DNA of 62,664 nt, the filler included, from Choristocarpus tenellus KU-1152 (Eukaryota > Protista > Phaeophyceae): the NCBI GenBank assembly GCA_964200185.2. It is 13 parts of 13 records of this genome, joined end to end, with 100 filler letters (N's around TTAATTAATTAA, not from the genome) between each part and the next. Parts side by side here need not be neighbours in the genome. Positions count along the whole stretch, not along the records: positions 10,326 to 17,465 come from CAXNAD020006626.1; positions 17,566 to 24,020 come from CAXNAD020008111.1; positions 24,121 to 31,378 come from CAXNAD020006446.1; 10 more parts are not named here. One strand, 5' to 3'. The stretch's first letter is position 1. Every line of letters starts with the position of its first letter. The translations under genes and the position numbers were made by a program. Shown piece after piece: positions 12,924 through 26,588 of the stretch. Below the pieces are notes generated by a model. That model was not told the origin of the DNA. It ran no database searches and saw only the letters and a program-made list of their open reading frames with translations.

Positions 12924-14431
12924 GGCTGCTGCTGCAAATGAATTGGCAGGGAGGGGAGTTGGGGTAAAGGTGTTTTCCGAGTCGGGTGAGTGTGTACACC
13001 CCTCGCAGAAAGTGGAAGAGAGAAAAGGAAGGGGGATTGTTTCTTCTAAGTTGCGGTATAAGCGGGTATCGATTGCAGTGCCCGAAGGCTGAAAGATATG
13101 CAGGTGGAGCCGGTGTTGGAGTTAAGAGAATGGCGGCGATGGGTTTCCCCCTTCTTTAGTGGGTATGCACACCAGACATCTTCCTGGATTGCGTAAGGAT
13201 GATAGAAAAAACACGGCGGCGCAAGACAGACAGCGGATAGTGTAGCGAACTCTTCGACCATAGCGGGTAAGCACTAGCATATATGGCTACACGTATAACC
13301 GGCTTCCTGGATTCAATGTCGTAGTAATTCTCCTTATGACAAGGCAACTCAACCACCTCCAGGTAAAGCCTGCAACGATAGGGAACGGCACAAGACGGTC
13401 AATCAATTGACACTGCAGTAACCCACAGGCCATCCTCATTGCCCTAAATAGGGAAATTAGCACTCCAGTTCCTCCGGTCCTGATTCACTGCACTATTAAC
13501 ACTTTCACAACCAAGTCGGCAATACCATGGATCCTGAGAGGATAGAGAGGAGACACGCGTCCTATTTGGCACCCCAGCAACGGGAATGTTGATGAGCTCC
13601 ACCAAATCTTTGACCTTCCACGACTGGTGAAGGCAATGATTCCGCAATTTTTCTTTCCCACTGGCAGGCTTAAGCTGCCCAACCACTCAACCTTCGATTT
13701 CTTCCCCTAGGTCCCAATAGTGCCAGGTCCTTCCTTACCACCGCCTGCAAACAGATTCAAGACTTTCGATGTAGTTTGTAGAACTCATTAAAAATTACAG
13801 TGCACAAACCGCTGGCCCAGGAGTATAATACCCCAATGATCCCAGGCACACTGGTGCCGCATCCCATTCCCCTCGTCCTATGGCGCCACAGACGAGATAT
13901 CTTTATCATTGACAAAGTAATATCTCTACCTGCTCACGGCTGCACACCACAGGTGGGCGAGGTAGAGGTGGCTATTAGCCGAGCCCACGGCGATGCAACA
14001 AGGTCCACGCGCTTGCAGGCTCCCCAATATCACAGTTGATCAGGGAGACACAGGGCAGGCTTTGGACCAAGGTTTGCCAAACACTTTCTGTGCTCGAATA
14101 TGGATAAAAATACGGTACCGTATATACAACTCTTGTTAGAGGTTGGGTTGGAGGGCTCTCCTCACTTCCTAGACATCTCCTGTGATCTGTGAATTCACTC
14201 TGCAACTGAGTCAGCCCTCCTACCAACGTTCCCTTGAACTTTAGCACCTGGAGTGCCTGTGATTTTTCTTCATTATTTCAGTTTGACTGAACTGGGTAGG
14301 GGAAGGAGGAAAGGTTAGGAGACCTGGACTGGAGGAGGGGTTGACCGTAGCTGGGGTCCTTCCCTTCAGGCTTCACTGCTCGCATCAGACGGCGTTGGAG
14401 TGCTTTTGCAGTCGGGATTTGTTGAAGCATT

Positions 14432-16664
14432 ATGACGGACCATTTTTACTGCAGATACTAGTAAGTCGATAAAACTTGAGATGGACTTCGACCTGATATC
14501 TTTTTGTGCCTACGCTTCCCAAGTCGAAGTCCAAATATCCGTAGTTACTCGCGCGAGCCCTTGATACACAATCAAGTTGTATGCATATATCTCATCCAGT
14601 ATCTCCTTACCGGCATGAGCAATACACGCCAATGGGCGTCAGGTAGAGTGCTCATTAATGAAAAGGTACAAGCGAACGAATAGCTCCCACCTACTCTGTG
14701 TCCAAGGGGTGGAATTCAATGGGAAGGTCAAAAGACGAAACCTGATATATCTCCAACAATCAACTCTGTGTGCATTCCGTTTCCCCCGCCTCTTTCAGTG
14801 TGGGACACAAGGGAAAGTTTGGACACGAATTCATGGAGTTTGAATTCTCTGGTACAGGCAAACTGCGGTACGCCAACAACTCAAACTACAAGAATGACAC
14901 CATGATCCGCAAGGAGGTCACTGTTAGCCAGGCGGTACTTGATGAAGTTCGACGAATCATCGAGGATGCCGACATCCTGGCGTGAGTTCTGGGTCAACAT
15001 TCACAGTCACAGAACCTTGACGCCTGCAAGCCTTATTCTTGTGTCTTGACAGTGACTCGATTTGTTGTCAAGGAAATAGCATAACGCAACAACATCGACG
15101 ATCGTCTCAACCATGGGTCTTCACTGCACAACCCTTCAGGTCGATGCGTTATCCGTAACAGTTCATCCACTGATACTGCAATTGTTTATGACCGTCAACG
15201 GCCTCCTCAAGGAAGTCATTTATGGAATGTGATGGAACCTCAATTTTTGACATGTTCTATATTATGTTAGACCTGAAAATAATTTCATGCTTCGAAGTAG
15301 ACACATACAGAAAAGTGTGGCAGGTCTGACAGCGTGTCCTTGACCTAGTCCAGGGCTTCTGCTCTTGTTCAACCCCAACTTTCAGACAGAGGCGTATATG
15401 TATGAGTGGGCTTAGAAATTGTTTCTCGGTCTGCAACTTCCAAAGAGTCTGGAAGAAAACATGAGATATATAGATGTGTGGCAATACGTTTCTTACATAT
15501 ATGGCAACATAGGGTTGTGGAGTCCGCTGAGGTCAGGGCCTTTATTGTATCATGTGGAGTGGAGTTTGCCATTGCATGTGCTTACGAGGTACCTGTGGAT
15601 CTGTACCTCCGTTAGTGGTGTCTTTTGCTGTTGCCTAATAATGTAATTGTCCTTCTATTTTGGGTGGAAGAATTGCTGTCCTTCCCACAACCACTCAAAT
15701 CTATTTTATCTATTTTCCAAGTGCTTGCACCTCTTGAGAAAATTGCAGGCAACATGCACTATCCTTGTATGCAGTTGTTGTAAAGAGCTTAACAAGGAGA
15801 TCTCCTACCCCTCTACCTAATACCTTCTTCTGCCTCCCCCCTATCCTTGCTTCACCTACGAATTCCTGGTTCTGATTGTGCTCAATTATACGTTAGGGAG
15901 GATGATAGCAACTGGCCGGAGCCAGATCGCGTTGGGAGGCAGGAGCTGGAGGTGAAGCTGGGAAGCCAGCATATATCGTTCACGGTACATTTTGGTTTAC
16001 GGGGACAGGGGTGATGGTGTTGGTGGTGATGGAGATAGGGTAGCAGGCAGAGAGTGGCAAATTATAACTCCAGTTTTTTTTTCTGGGGAGAAACCTTGTG
16101 AGCACTGTGGACTCATTCTCTCTTACCCCCCTTCCCCTCCTTCCCTATGTCCACCTTCTCAATTGGAAATCCTGCCCCGTGGTCAATTCCACCATGTTCT
16201 ATTAATTGCGTACGTGAATGATTTATGTTATTTGAGGCGTTACAAGCTGTTGCCATTGTGGGTTCTGTAGTGCAAGTACAGTCAAGTAGTGTTGGGGGGG
16301 TGTGGGGGTACAGCAGAACTCTCCCCTATTTTGTTTAAGCCAATGCATTATTGGATGAGCTTGTGTGTGTTGGACAGTGAGCCTTAAGCCTTGCCAAGAA
16401 CAGGGCATCGAAACAGCACGCCAGAGGAATCTCTACAAGAACGGAGCTTGCACCACAAGCTGTTGTGTGAATGTCTTCCCTGCCCTCACCATCAGCATGC
16501 ACACCCTCCTGCTCTTCATACTGCTCTATTTTGGACAGTGCTCCAAGATTGGATCACTGTTGGATGTGCAGGAGAGCAAAGATCCAGAGGGGTTAAGGAT
16601 CTTCTACTATTTGATTCAAGACCTAAAGTGCCTTGTGTTCTCTCTCATCTCCCTCCACTTCAAG
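14432..16664 (+). CDS. MAGOH: Mago nashi (exon-junction complex); exons 14432-14460, 14799-14981, 15897-15984, 16539-16664; final few codons not found
   Basis: Spliced protein [26 protein letters not shown]...[19 protein letters not shown]...[19 protein letters not shown]...[47 protein letters not shown], 142 codons. All junctions are GT-AG and in phase. Confidence 0.97.
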
Positions 16665-18962
16665 GTACACCTATTATGTGTGTCATTTGTACCCAAAATT
16701 TGCTGACACCATTGCTTTGCTCTCTCTCCTTGCGTTACGCTTGATGGTACAAGTGTACCTCATGTGTATGGTGAAGTGTTAATATTAGGGTTAGCGTTTC
16801 GGTCGGTCGGGGTGTGTTATCAACATCATCACTGTGGGTGTTCTAGGTAGGTTGTATTTCGTAAGGGAACAAGACTGTAGTTGCTGTCTTGGAGGACGCA
16901 GCCCTAGCGTGTATGAAACTATTGTGAGAAATTCTTACAGTCCTTGCTGTTAGTATCTTGATCCCAAAACCAACTGAGGTATGTGCACAGTGCATTTATC
17001 TGGGCTTGTTTGGTATGACAATCAGTTCATAGACACAAACACACACACACACACACACCGCCACTCGTGCGCTCATGCAGCACAGCACTGCAGAGCAAAA
17101 AACAAGGCCAGAACACGTGAAAGAGAGGTGTAGCTGTTGTTAGAAGTGGAGCAGTTGGATAGTTGTAACTGTTGTGAAAATGAACCACGTGCAAGAAAGT
17201 CTTACTGCACATTTTGTACAAGGTGAAGATAACTGGCAGCAAATCATTTGTTTTCTTTTTTTGCCGAGGTTGCATTCGACCTCTTATTTTATGTGTTCCT
17301 CCACTGTATTGGCCCTATTAGCGCCAAAATCAGTCTTGGACATTGGTTTTTTGGGCGTGTTCAGTAGAGTTGCACATCTAAAAAAACTGTGCAAGAAAAC
17401 GTGCCAATGGTGCTCTGCCTTTCTGTACCCATATGAGTAATATTGGTTATAGGCTAGGGGGGTGGNNNNNNNNNNNNNNNNNNNNNNNNNNNNNNNNNNN
17501 NNNNNNNNNTTAATTAATTAANNNNNNNNNNNNNNNNNNNNNNNNNNNNNNNNNNNNNNNNNNNNGTGTAACAAACGTTTGCACTTCGTTGAAATATAAG
17601 AAGAAATACTCGCTCTATTCGCCTGTAACAATTCCCACTGGGAGAAGTGTGCAATACGTTCGACACGACCCAGGAGGTGAGTCGCAGGGTGAGGAACTTT
17701 GGGCTTTGTTGGCGAGGATGGGTGCTCTGTAGGAGATGTCGAGAATAGACGAGTCCCATTACAATGGTATGACAGAAAAAACTAGCAAAACTTTTTCTTC
17801 ACCTAGCTAGATGGGGGGGCGAGAGGCAGTCTTTACTTTGCCGGTCTGAGCTGGAAACATTGTAGTAGGGCAAGGCGTATCAAGCATACAGTGTTCATCC
17901 TTACTAGGAGAGCTACCGACTCCAACAACTGAGCATTGCCTTATCGCGCACTTGAGCGCGTTGAAAGGCTTTGCGTATAAAGGCACATCGTCAAGAACTG
18001 TCACTGGGTGTATATGTAGAACATGCATACACTATTATTGAATCTAAGCCTTTATCTTGGCGTTTAGTCTGCCTTCACAGTCACTCATCTCTAACTCGCC
18101 ATATCACTATGTACAGTACTACTGCAATGTGTTGTACCACGCTTAACATAAACCTACATGAACCGTCACACTTCATTATACTTGTACCACCATACACAAC
18201 GTAAGCATAACACAGGTTACTGCGACAGCACTACATGAGGACTACTACCCAGTCTACGTAAAATCTTACTTTCTCCAGCAGATAACAAACATTGGCTGCA
18301 TCACTAGATCGCTCTTTAGAAAATAGGTATTGGCTTCTGTCGGTATGACACTAAAAACGAGTGGTCTCTCCACGTTGCACAATGAACTCTTGTCATCATT
18401 GACTCATTAGTGGCTGGATGTCCATGCACCCACCGTAACACTGGTGGATTGAAAAGAAAACACGCTGGACTCAGCCATGCTTTGCTAGAATTTGTATATA
18501 ATATGTATCGTAATGTTAATTTTACAGTATTAAAGCCGTCTCTACTCCGCCACAATTTCATATTCGTAAACTCCTCTATGCACTAGCGTTTACTCCAGTT
18601 CGAAGTACACAATCTAGAACGTCGTCACACTGGAACTTGTTGCAAATGCTATTCATCCCTACCCAGGCTCCTACTATTCGCGTATTTTCCTCTCTCATCT
18701 TCTACATGGCCCAGACTTTCAGTCAGGTCATTTGTGAGAACGAAAGAGTAAACCTACAAAATATGTACACCATCCCAACCAGTAAACATTCGTGGACACA
18801 TTTTAGAGCCTTCTATACGCCTGAACAAGAAATGCGTTTTTCCAACTGGATGGAATACTGAGATAGACCCATTCCTCGCAGGGTCCAGGATAAGGCGACG
18901 AAGACACCCGTCCCCATCGGGGGTGGGTGTGGTGTTGATACTCCACCACATTATCGTGGCTC

Positions 18963-20152
18963 TCATCCATGTGGGGCAAAAATACCCCTGTTTTGCAGCT
19001 CGTCGTCCACCATTCCAGTATGCCCGTACAATTTCAAGACCTGGTGCAAGCAGTATCCATTGATTGGTTGCGAGAAAAGAGGTTGCTTTAGTTCGACTCT
19101 TCACAATACGCATGACAAACAAATAGCAAAGAGGGTAAGGGAGAGGAAATTGGGGAAGTGGACAACATCTTCCATCAAATTGATGAAAATCTGTGCTGGA
19201 GTACTAGATCCAACCAAAGTACATCGTATCTGGACCTACTAGCTGTGTTAATACAATCATTGCAGACCTCCATCCTGTCCCCTCGACCTGTGAAACCTCA
19301 TGTTTGAAACTTGAAGCGACCTCATTTCATCATCACCAAGGGTATGGGTACGTAGATGAAAGACCTCAGAAGTCTTTACATGTTATATACAGGAAATATA
19401 TATTTCCCATTTTTCCTGTAAGGCCTCTTGTCAGTATCGATGCAATTATCGTTGAGGGTGGAGGATCAAGTCGAAGATGGAGAGAGCCATAGCAGTATGT
19501 TCTCGACAAAGTCAACCTACACTTCACCACGCTATCGCTCAGGAGAAGAAATTATATAGACATTTTCTCTAAACTAGTGGATGTTGTGATGCCACCTAGG
19601 ACTGCCCATTGTCCAAGCAAGGGAGAGTCGACCCTAATATACTCTATTTTCTTTCTACGATGTACGCTTGTAGCTGAGCCCGGTATTGTTGCCTTACTGG
19701 AACTGTTTTTTCTTTTGAGAGGATGCATGGTATTTGTCTATTGGTTAATTTCAAGAGGACATCCTCTCAGTCAACCGAATGAAATCATGCGAAGGCTGAT
19801 CTGGGGGGCTGACCTGAATAGCATCTCGTCTGAACGACACAAAATCTTGTCCTGAGTACCAAACGCTCTGACGGGTTTCCTGGTCGAAATCCTTGCATGA
19901 TGGAATCAGTCGTACCCTCATGATATTCTCGAAGGAAACACCCTTCTTGAGAACTGGCTCGCGCTTGCCACTACGAAGGAGCTCGGGGGAAGAGGAGTGG
20001 TGGCGCTTCGAGGTGCTACGGTCACTCCTGTCCAAACTAGGAGATATTGATACAGCAGCCTCGACATTTCTCGATGCGACTACACCTTTGCGCCTAGGTG
20101 CTCTGCACCTTCGCCATGCCTGCTTCCTTGTTGCGAACCCAGCTGTAGGCAT
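18963..20152 (-). CDS. Hypothetical protein with a KGVSF...VRLIP...WYS..DF motif; exons 20152-19814 and 19040-18963
   Basis: ORF KKGVSFENIMRVRLIPSCKDFDQETRQSVWYSGQDFVSFRRDAIQ ends at a GT donor. A phase-0 AG exon follows, reading VLKLYGHTGMVDDELQNRGIFAPHG*. Confidence 0.5.
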
Positions 20153-21209
20153 GATCAAAGAAGTGAGATTGGTTTCGTATTTCGTTGTTGTGGTGGGTCA
20201 CGCACTGACTCTTACACAAATAAAATATCAACTTCTACCTTGAAAACAAGCAACTTTTATCATGATGGTTGTAGAGCTCTGTATCTAGTAAGCAGTTGTC
20301 ATATTAAATTTTACACGATTTTTGTTTCTAGTTTTCTTTTGGAGTCTCGAGTACTGAATAGAAATTCTAGTAGCCTGCTCTATCCTTCATCCTTATTCTA
20401 CTATAGATCTGGAAGTACTTTCAGAAATAAGTTACCCATATAAAAAAAAAATCATATTATTGTTGGAACGATTGGGAGGAACTTACGTGAACGACCAATA
20501 GTGAACAACAGTGGCAAAATATAATACTTACTACACTAAAAGTAATATAAGATATATCATCAAGTGAATCATGAGGGAAAAAAAAAAAGTGCGACAGCAA
20601 ACCGAAATGTAACCAATGACCATGTGTGATTTGGCGGAGTCACCAAAGTGACAACGAATAACAATGGTCGAAATGATTTAGAAAAAGTTAAAAAAAGGAA
20701 TGACGTGAGTTCACATCTACTAAGACAATCAAGAACGACCAACTTGTATAGTGAGAAAACAGAAAGTGATAGGAACACCCAATCTTAAGATGAAACTTCT
20801 CAGCCAGAACGTTGCTGTCTACAGAGACAGGGTGGGGGATAATCCACAAGACATTTTTAAGTATTACTTCAGGGTGGGGACTATCCTGGGTCGTTATCTT
20901 AGACTTGTTACATACTGGATGCCCTTGTCATATATCCTTCTACTTCTTCTGTTAACTAACGACTATTGTTGGACACTACTACTGTATAGTGTTATACTAA
21001 TATATTTACTCTTCTTGGCGACTTTCACCATCACTATAATTATAGCTAGTACTATCTAGTACTAACAACCCATTAGTTTCACCTTCTACACAGTTCATAT
21101 ACTTCACTCTTGGAGTAATAGGTTCATCCATACCACTGGCCGTTCCTCTGCCTCCTCTCTCAAATGTTGTGCTTGGAAGGACCCGCCGTTGGTCCGAAGT
21201 GGTGAGCCT

Positions 21210-21705
21210 AACCAATTGAGAGGTAAGCAGGTTCAGACCCTTTTCCATCCAAGTCATATTTCTTACCCTGTGTACTTGCACCTCTGTTTTACTGCTTTGA
21301 TGCACAACAGTGGAAGCAAAATTGGTATTCTCCCTTCCCACACACAAAGTGGCACCACAATTCAGCAAAAAAAACTCTCTCCACAATTGTTGTACAAAAC
21401 GGTATATTTTTGAGTAAAAAGGAATGAGAGGTAGGCAGGTTTGGACCCTTTTGCATTCCAAGTCATAGTTCTTTCCCTGTGCAATACACTCTATTCCATC
21501 CCTTTATATGCAAAATTTATATCCCCCCTCTTCCTATACAAAAAGTGACACCACAATTCAGTAAATTTTCTTTGTGCCAATCTACAAAACGGTATATTTT
21601 TTCCCTTTCTCAGGATCTTTGAAATGCAACCCTGCCTACCTCTCGGTTTCACTCTTTGCCTTTCTCGGGATCCTTAAAACGCAACCCTGCCTAAGTCTCA
21701 GCTAA
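21210..21705. repeat. Internally duplicated repeat element (family C)
   Basis: The block ...tccaagtcata...caccacaattcag...tacaaaacggtatattttt occurs twice (about 21215-21410 and 21425-21600) and is followed by gcaaccctgccta x2. A related copy lies at about 24260-24395. Confidence 0.6.
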
Positions 21706-22739
21706 CTCTGAAGTTTTTTGCCACCTTTTTGTTTGGAGTTCCAACGCTTTTATCATGTGGAAGGTAAGATAGTAGTAGATCGTAAATGAGGTAGAGGTGC
21801 CCCAAAATAAGCAGTATTTTTCACGGCAGGGTCGGTTATCAAAACCCAGAGTGGCATTTCTCATCATCTTGTTTTTTGACCATTGAGTTCTTTGAGACGT
21901 AACTGAAATTGAGCTTTGATATCCATACTGCAGTTTGTCGCAGGTGGGGATCCCGTTGAAATGAGGTCTACTCTTGCACCGCGATCTGCTAGCATTTTAA
22001 CTCGTGTAGTAACCCCCTCACTCAGTCAGTGGTGTAGTAACCCCCTCACTCAGTCAGTGGTGATGATTATGCCTGTTGTTGGCTTCGTTTGTCGTAACCC
22101 CGCATGTTGTGTGTGAACCTGTGTTATTTTCTGTATCACCAGTAGTGGTACGATTGTGTCTACTACAAGTAGTAGTAGTATATCTACTAGTAGTATAGTA
22201 CGATTCTACTTTTATTACTACTATAATAATAACAGTAAGGAGGGCAGATAGAAGATAGAGTGAGACTGACACATCTACCATCAGGGATCAGGGGGCAACA
22301 GCATACGACGCTTCTTCTTCCACAGGGTGCCACACAGCGGCGATGACAATTACTCCATTTATTCCCTTTTGAATGGATTACGCAAGTTTCAGGTATTTGA
22401 CCCCCCTTCACCTTACACGTATTCCCTAATCGTGCATGCATTACTTTTTCTCACGTCTCTTAGTTTCTTATCGCCATGGTCTCATTCTTATATTTGCTTC
22501 TTCTTCAATCAAATATCACAGTAGCATATACAGTCATCCCCTCTCATCATCATACAATTAATACTCTCACAGCACGGTCTTCATCAAAGTGAAATCATGC
22601 CCAAAGCCTAACCACTTTCTTATGGACAGAAATGTACCATTATGTTAATCCCCAAGTGTCCCTTGCCTCCCTAGCCATTGCTCCTCATGAATAGAACCAA
22701 AACCAAAATACAGCCATGGAATGTCACCAGGTCATTGCT

Positions 22740-22997
22740 CAGCCAAAGTATCTTAGAGGGTACAGCTGCGTCCATTTGAGGGCCAAAGTCCAATGTTGCA
22801 ATTTTGATGTAATTTTGGTTATTGTGTGTGTCAGGAAGTGTCAATATCCTTGTTCCAAACACACCTTTTCATAATGTATACATTTTACGTGCTCCGAAAC
22901 ATTTTGGCGAAGGAAAATGTAATAAAACGCCCATGGGAAGCCAAGCCCTAAATGGACAAACAGGGCAAAACTCATACCCTCTAAGATACTTTCACTC
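22740..22997 (-). mobile_element. MITE family A copy with 4-bp TSD TGCT
   Basis: Reverse-orientation copy of the 8533 element, flanked by TGCT at 22736-22739 and 22998-23001. Confidence 0.87.
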
Positions 22998-25900
22998 TGC
23001 TGATGCTGCAGTGCTGCACGTTGCTGCGGGAATTTGACTACATCACACTTGGAGCTTCTACTTCATACTACCACAGACGCCTCCTCAACCCGACATACGT
23101 TGGTGAATAGAGGTGATAATAACCTTAAGTACAAGCACGCCAACAAACAAAGTGTCAAAAAACAGGTAGGAATCCTCTCCTCGTACATGTTACCTCACCC
23201 ATACTTACTGCCCGCATCCTGTGCATTATGCTCTCGGGTTCGCAAGTCATAGTCAACCTTTGCCATTACATTTCATCCACCTGAATTATTCACATTGCTC
23301 ATTTCCATTGCATTAATTCCATCTCATATCACCCATCCCCTACAGCAAATTCCATACTACCTCATCTAATTCCACCTATTGGCATCTCCAGAACACAGCA
23401 AGTCAATATTCCTTCCACCACCAAGACACTCTCATTGCATTCCATTTACAGAATCCACATTATTTATTTTATATTTGCATCTCATTCATCTCATAACCAC
23501 CCTCCATTGCAGTCCTCACAACTCATAATTTTGTACTCATTTGCCATGTACACAACATGATACGTACATGTGCCTTCTACATTTTAAACATGCAGAATGA
23601 CCGATGAGCTCAAACCAATCGAAAGGTACCTAGGGTTGCATTTCAAGGCTCCAGAGAAAGGACAATAAGACGCCATTTTGCACAGTTGCAGAAATAGCCT
23701 TCACTGAATTGTGGTCTCACCTTGTGTGTGGAAAGGGAGAATATCAATTTTGCATACACTATTGTGCACCTAAAGCAATGCAGTAGAGTGTATTGCACAG
23801 GGTAAGAGAGATGGCTTAGAATGCAACCTGACAATCTCTCAATTAGTTTGGCTCCGATTTGGTAAAGGGGGCTCTTTTACTGCACCACCAGATTCATAGC
23901 TCTGACATTCTGTGCGACAATATCACTAGGTCTTGGGTAGGTCAGTCATCCCATCTATACCCCCAACCCTTTTGCAGAGCAGTACTTAAGAGTACTAGTG
24001 GCTCAAAGTATCTGGGAGGGNNNNNNNNNNNNNNNNNNNNNNNNNNNNNNNNNNNNNNNNNNNNTTAATTAATTAANNNNNNNNNNNNNNNNNNNNNNNN
24101 NNNNNNNNNNNNNNNNNNNNGTGAAAATCGGACGCCGACACCCCCCCCCAAGATACTTTGACCCTTACTCTCTAAGATACTTTGACTCTTCTAAGTCGTA
24201 TTCTCACATCATGTAATATACTCTATTTCGTTGCTTTATATGCCCAATATTGTACGCTAACTTGATACCCCCCTTTCCACACACAACGTGAACCCACAAT
24301 TAAACAAGGGTTCTATCTTCAATTGTACAAAGTGACATATTTTTGTCCTTCTTAGGATCCTTAATATGCAACCCTGCCAACCTCTCAGTTGGTCTGGCTC
24401 TGTAAAATGTCGACAAAGTCAATGCACACCGATGGACTGTCCAGTCACACACCACTCAATGTATTCGTCAATCACTTACAACTACTTGGTTGCTTGAAAT
24501 GTGCTAGTTTACGGACGGCTACAGCTTTGAGTGAGGAACACCTCCCCAGCCTGATGAAAAGTTAGAATTAGAAAATCATGATAATCAACAACATAATAAC
24601 CATGTGCGCTTTGCCGGAGTATAGTAACATTTCCACGTCAGAACTACCAGAATAGGTTTGTACGAAGATTACTTTTGACCTGTACTTATTTGTTGGCCAG
24701 GCAAAGACATCTTGCGCAGATGCCACTTACGTGGATGCAGGACAACTGCGAAAGCGTACATTTGTAAGGTGCACCTAATCTCTTGGTCTCCCCACACCCT
24801 TAGCATTGTCAACACACAACTTGAGACCCCATCAACATCTTGCTCTCATAGAAATGAGTGATAATGGGATCTGCCATAGCTTTGGGAGGTTGAAGCGCTC
24901 TTGCTGTTGGCTCTTGCATCTAGTATATGGCGCTATTGAGGAGGCAATGTGTTTTGTTCAATCTAAACCCTCACCATCTACTGTTCCTCCCCATTTCACA
25001 TCCCGATAGCCCCTACTACTTGCGGAAAGAGTCTATCTCCAATATAATGTTCCTGCGATGAAATAGTGCACTAGAGCTCTATGCTACTACCATGGTGGTC
25101 CCTCAAGAGATACCTTACATGTGTGTTCACTGCAGCAGTCCTGTGACATGGGAGCAATTGATCCCCCGTCTCAGGACGAATAACTCTTTAAGGGTCAATC
25201 AATGTGTGCTTAAATAATATTTCGCACTACAACTACCCTCCCTGCTTGGTGAGATAATCCTAATTGCAACAAAACCGATGTCTCTCTTTGAGGTCGTATC
25301 ACTCATTTCCTCTACGGAATTAGCGTCGTATTTAAACGAGACACACAACACATTTCAGGAGAAGCATAAAATCTGTTCCTCCTGCGTTGCATGTAGTATA
25401 TGCTTAGCCCAACTGTTTCCCCGAATCTATTGAGAAGCAAAATACAGTACTGAGCATATTATTGTTCTGTTCCTTGTGGAAGGACTGCCAATGCATCCAA
25501 GCTGCCATGACCCCCTCTCTTCAAGACAAGTACTTCGGTAGTTTTATAGGATTCCTGTCGGACAGATGCCCATGGGAGAAACTTCTTTGTGCTTAGAAGC
25601 AAGCAACCATCGCCTTGAAGTAGGTCAAGCAAGGTCTGGAACTTGCTGAGAAGCCTCGAGCAAACTGCCATTTGTCAAAAGGGTTCCCTTCCTAAATCTC
25701 CCCATCACCTTCAATATCTACAGGCCATTTTCTATTCCTGAGCGTAATCTGCTATGAATCAGTTTGAACGGGTACTAGAATGCACTTACTCCTCTCCCAC
25801 TCCCTACATTTCTTACCATACTTAGCCGTCTGCAGAACTAAAACCACGTCCTGGGACTACACTCAGTCAAGCTCAAATCATATTCTTTCCTTGTACTCCC

Positions 25901-26588
25901 ACGACCACGCATGTGACTAGCACTAGGATATCTTCGTTGCCATTCACATAATTATTCTCTATCTAGATACGCTTGTCTGCTGCCAGATACCTCTTCAGTC
26001 AGCAAAAAAAAAAAATAGAGAGCAATTATTATCTCCATACACATAAAAGTCAACAAAAATTGTAGCGCGCTCAGCACAGCCTTGAGCAGCTCTTGACTAT
26101 CACTTCTACAACGGCCACCTGGTCTTCATTGCCTATTCTACCTAGGTGTTGGTAACCTCCCCTCTTCCCACAAAATATATATATATATTTATTTATTTTT
26201 TGAGGAGATTGTGCACTCTCAACCCATGCACAGAAATAACTTCACACTTCAACGCAGTAAACCATGGATGAATCACCCATTCCAAAACTCACACTGCCAC
26301 CTTTTGCCGCACTGCTCGCATTTCATAAGATGATGCTCTTCCAAGGACAGAAATTTATCTCAAGTAGAACAACAGGAATAACAACTGCTATGCCGTGCAT
26401 CATGCACTGTACCAGCAATAACAGGCAAACAAATACGTGGACAAGGAGATTGGAAGCCCATTGAATCCTTGCGTCAAAGAGCATCTACCTTGTAGATCAC
26501 CAGAAAGAATCAACAAGTAAGATTTTAAGAAATGAGAAAGAACAAAATTCTGGTCTCGTAGGATGGAAAATCTAAAAACTCATGACCA

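Noticed and set aside
14432-14460. Mago FYCRYY instead of the usual FYLRYY as a sign of pseudogenisation
   Set aside because: It is a single substitution; the frame, splice sites and all other motifs are intact.
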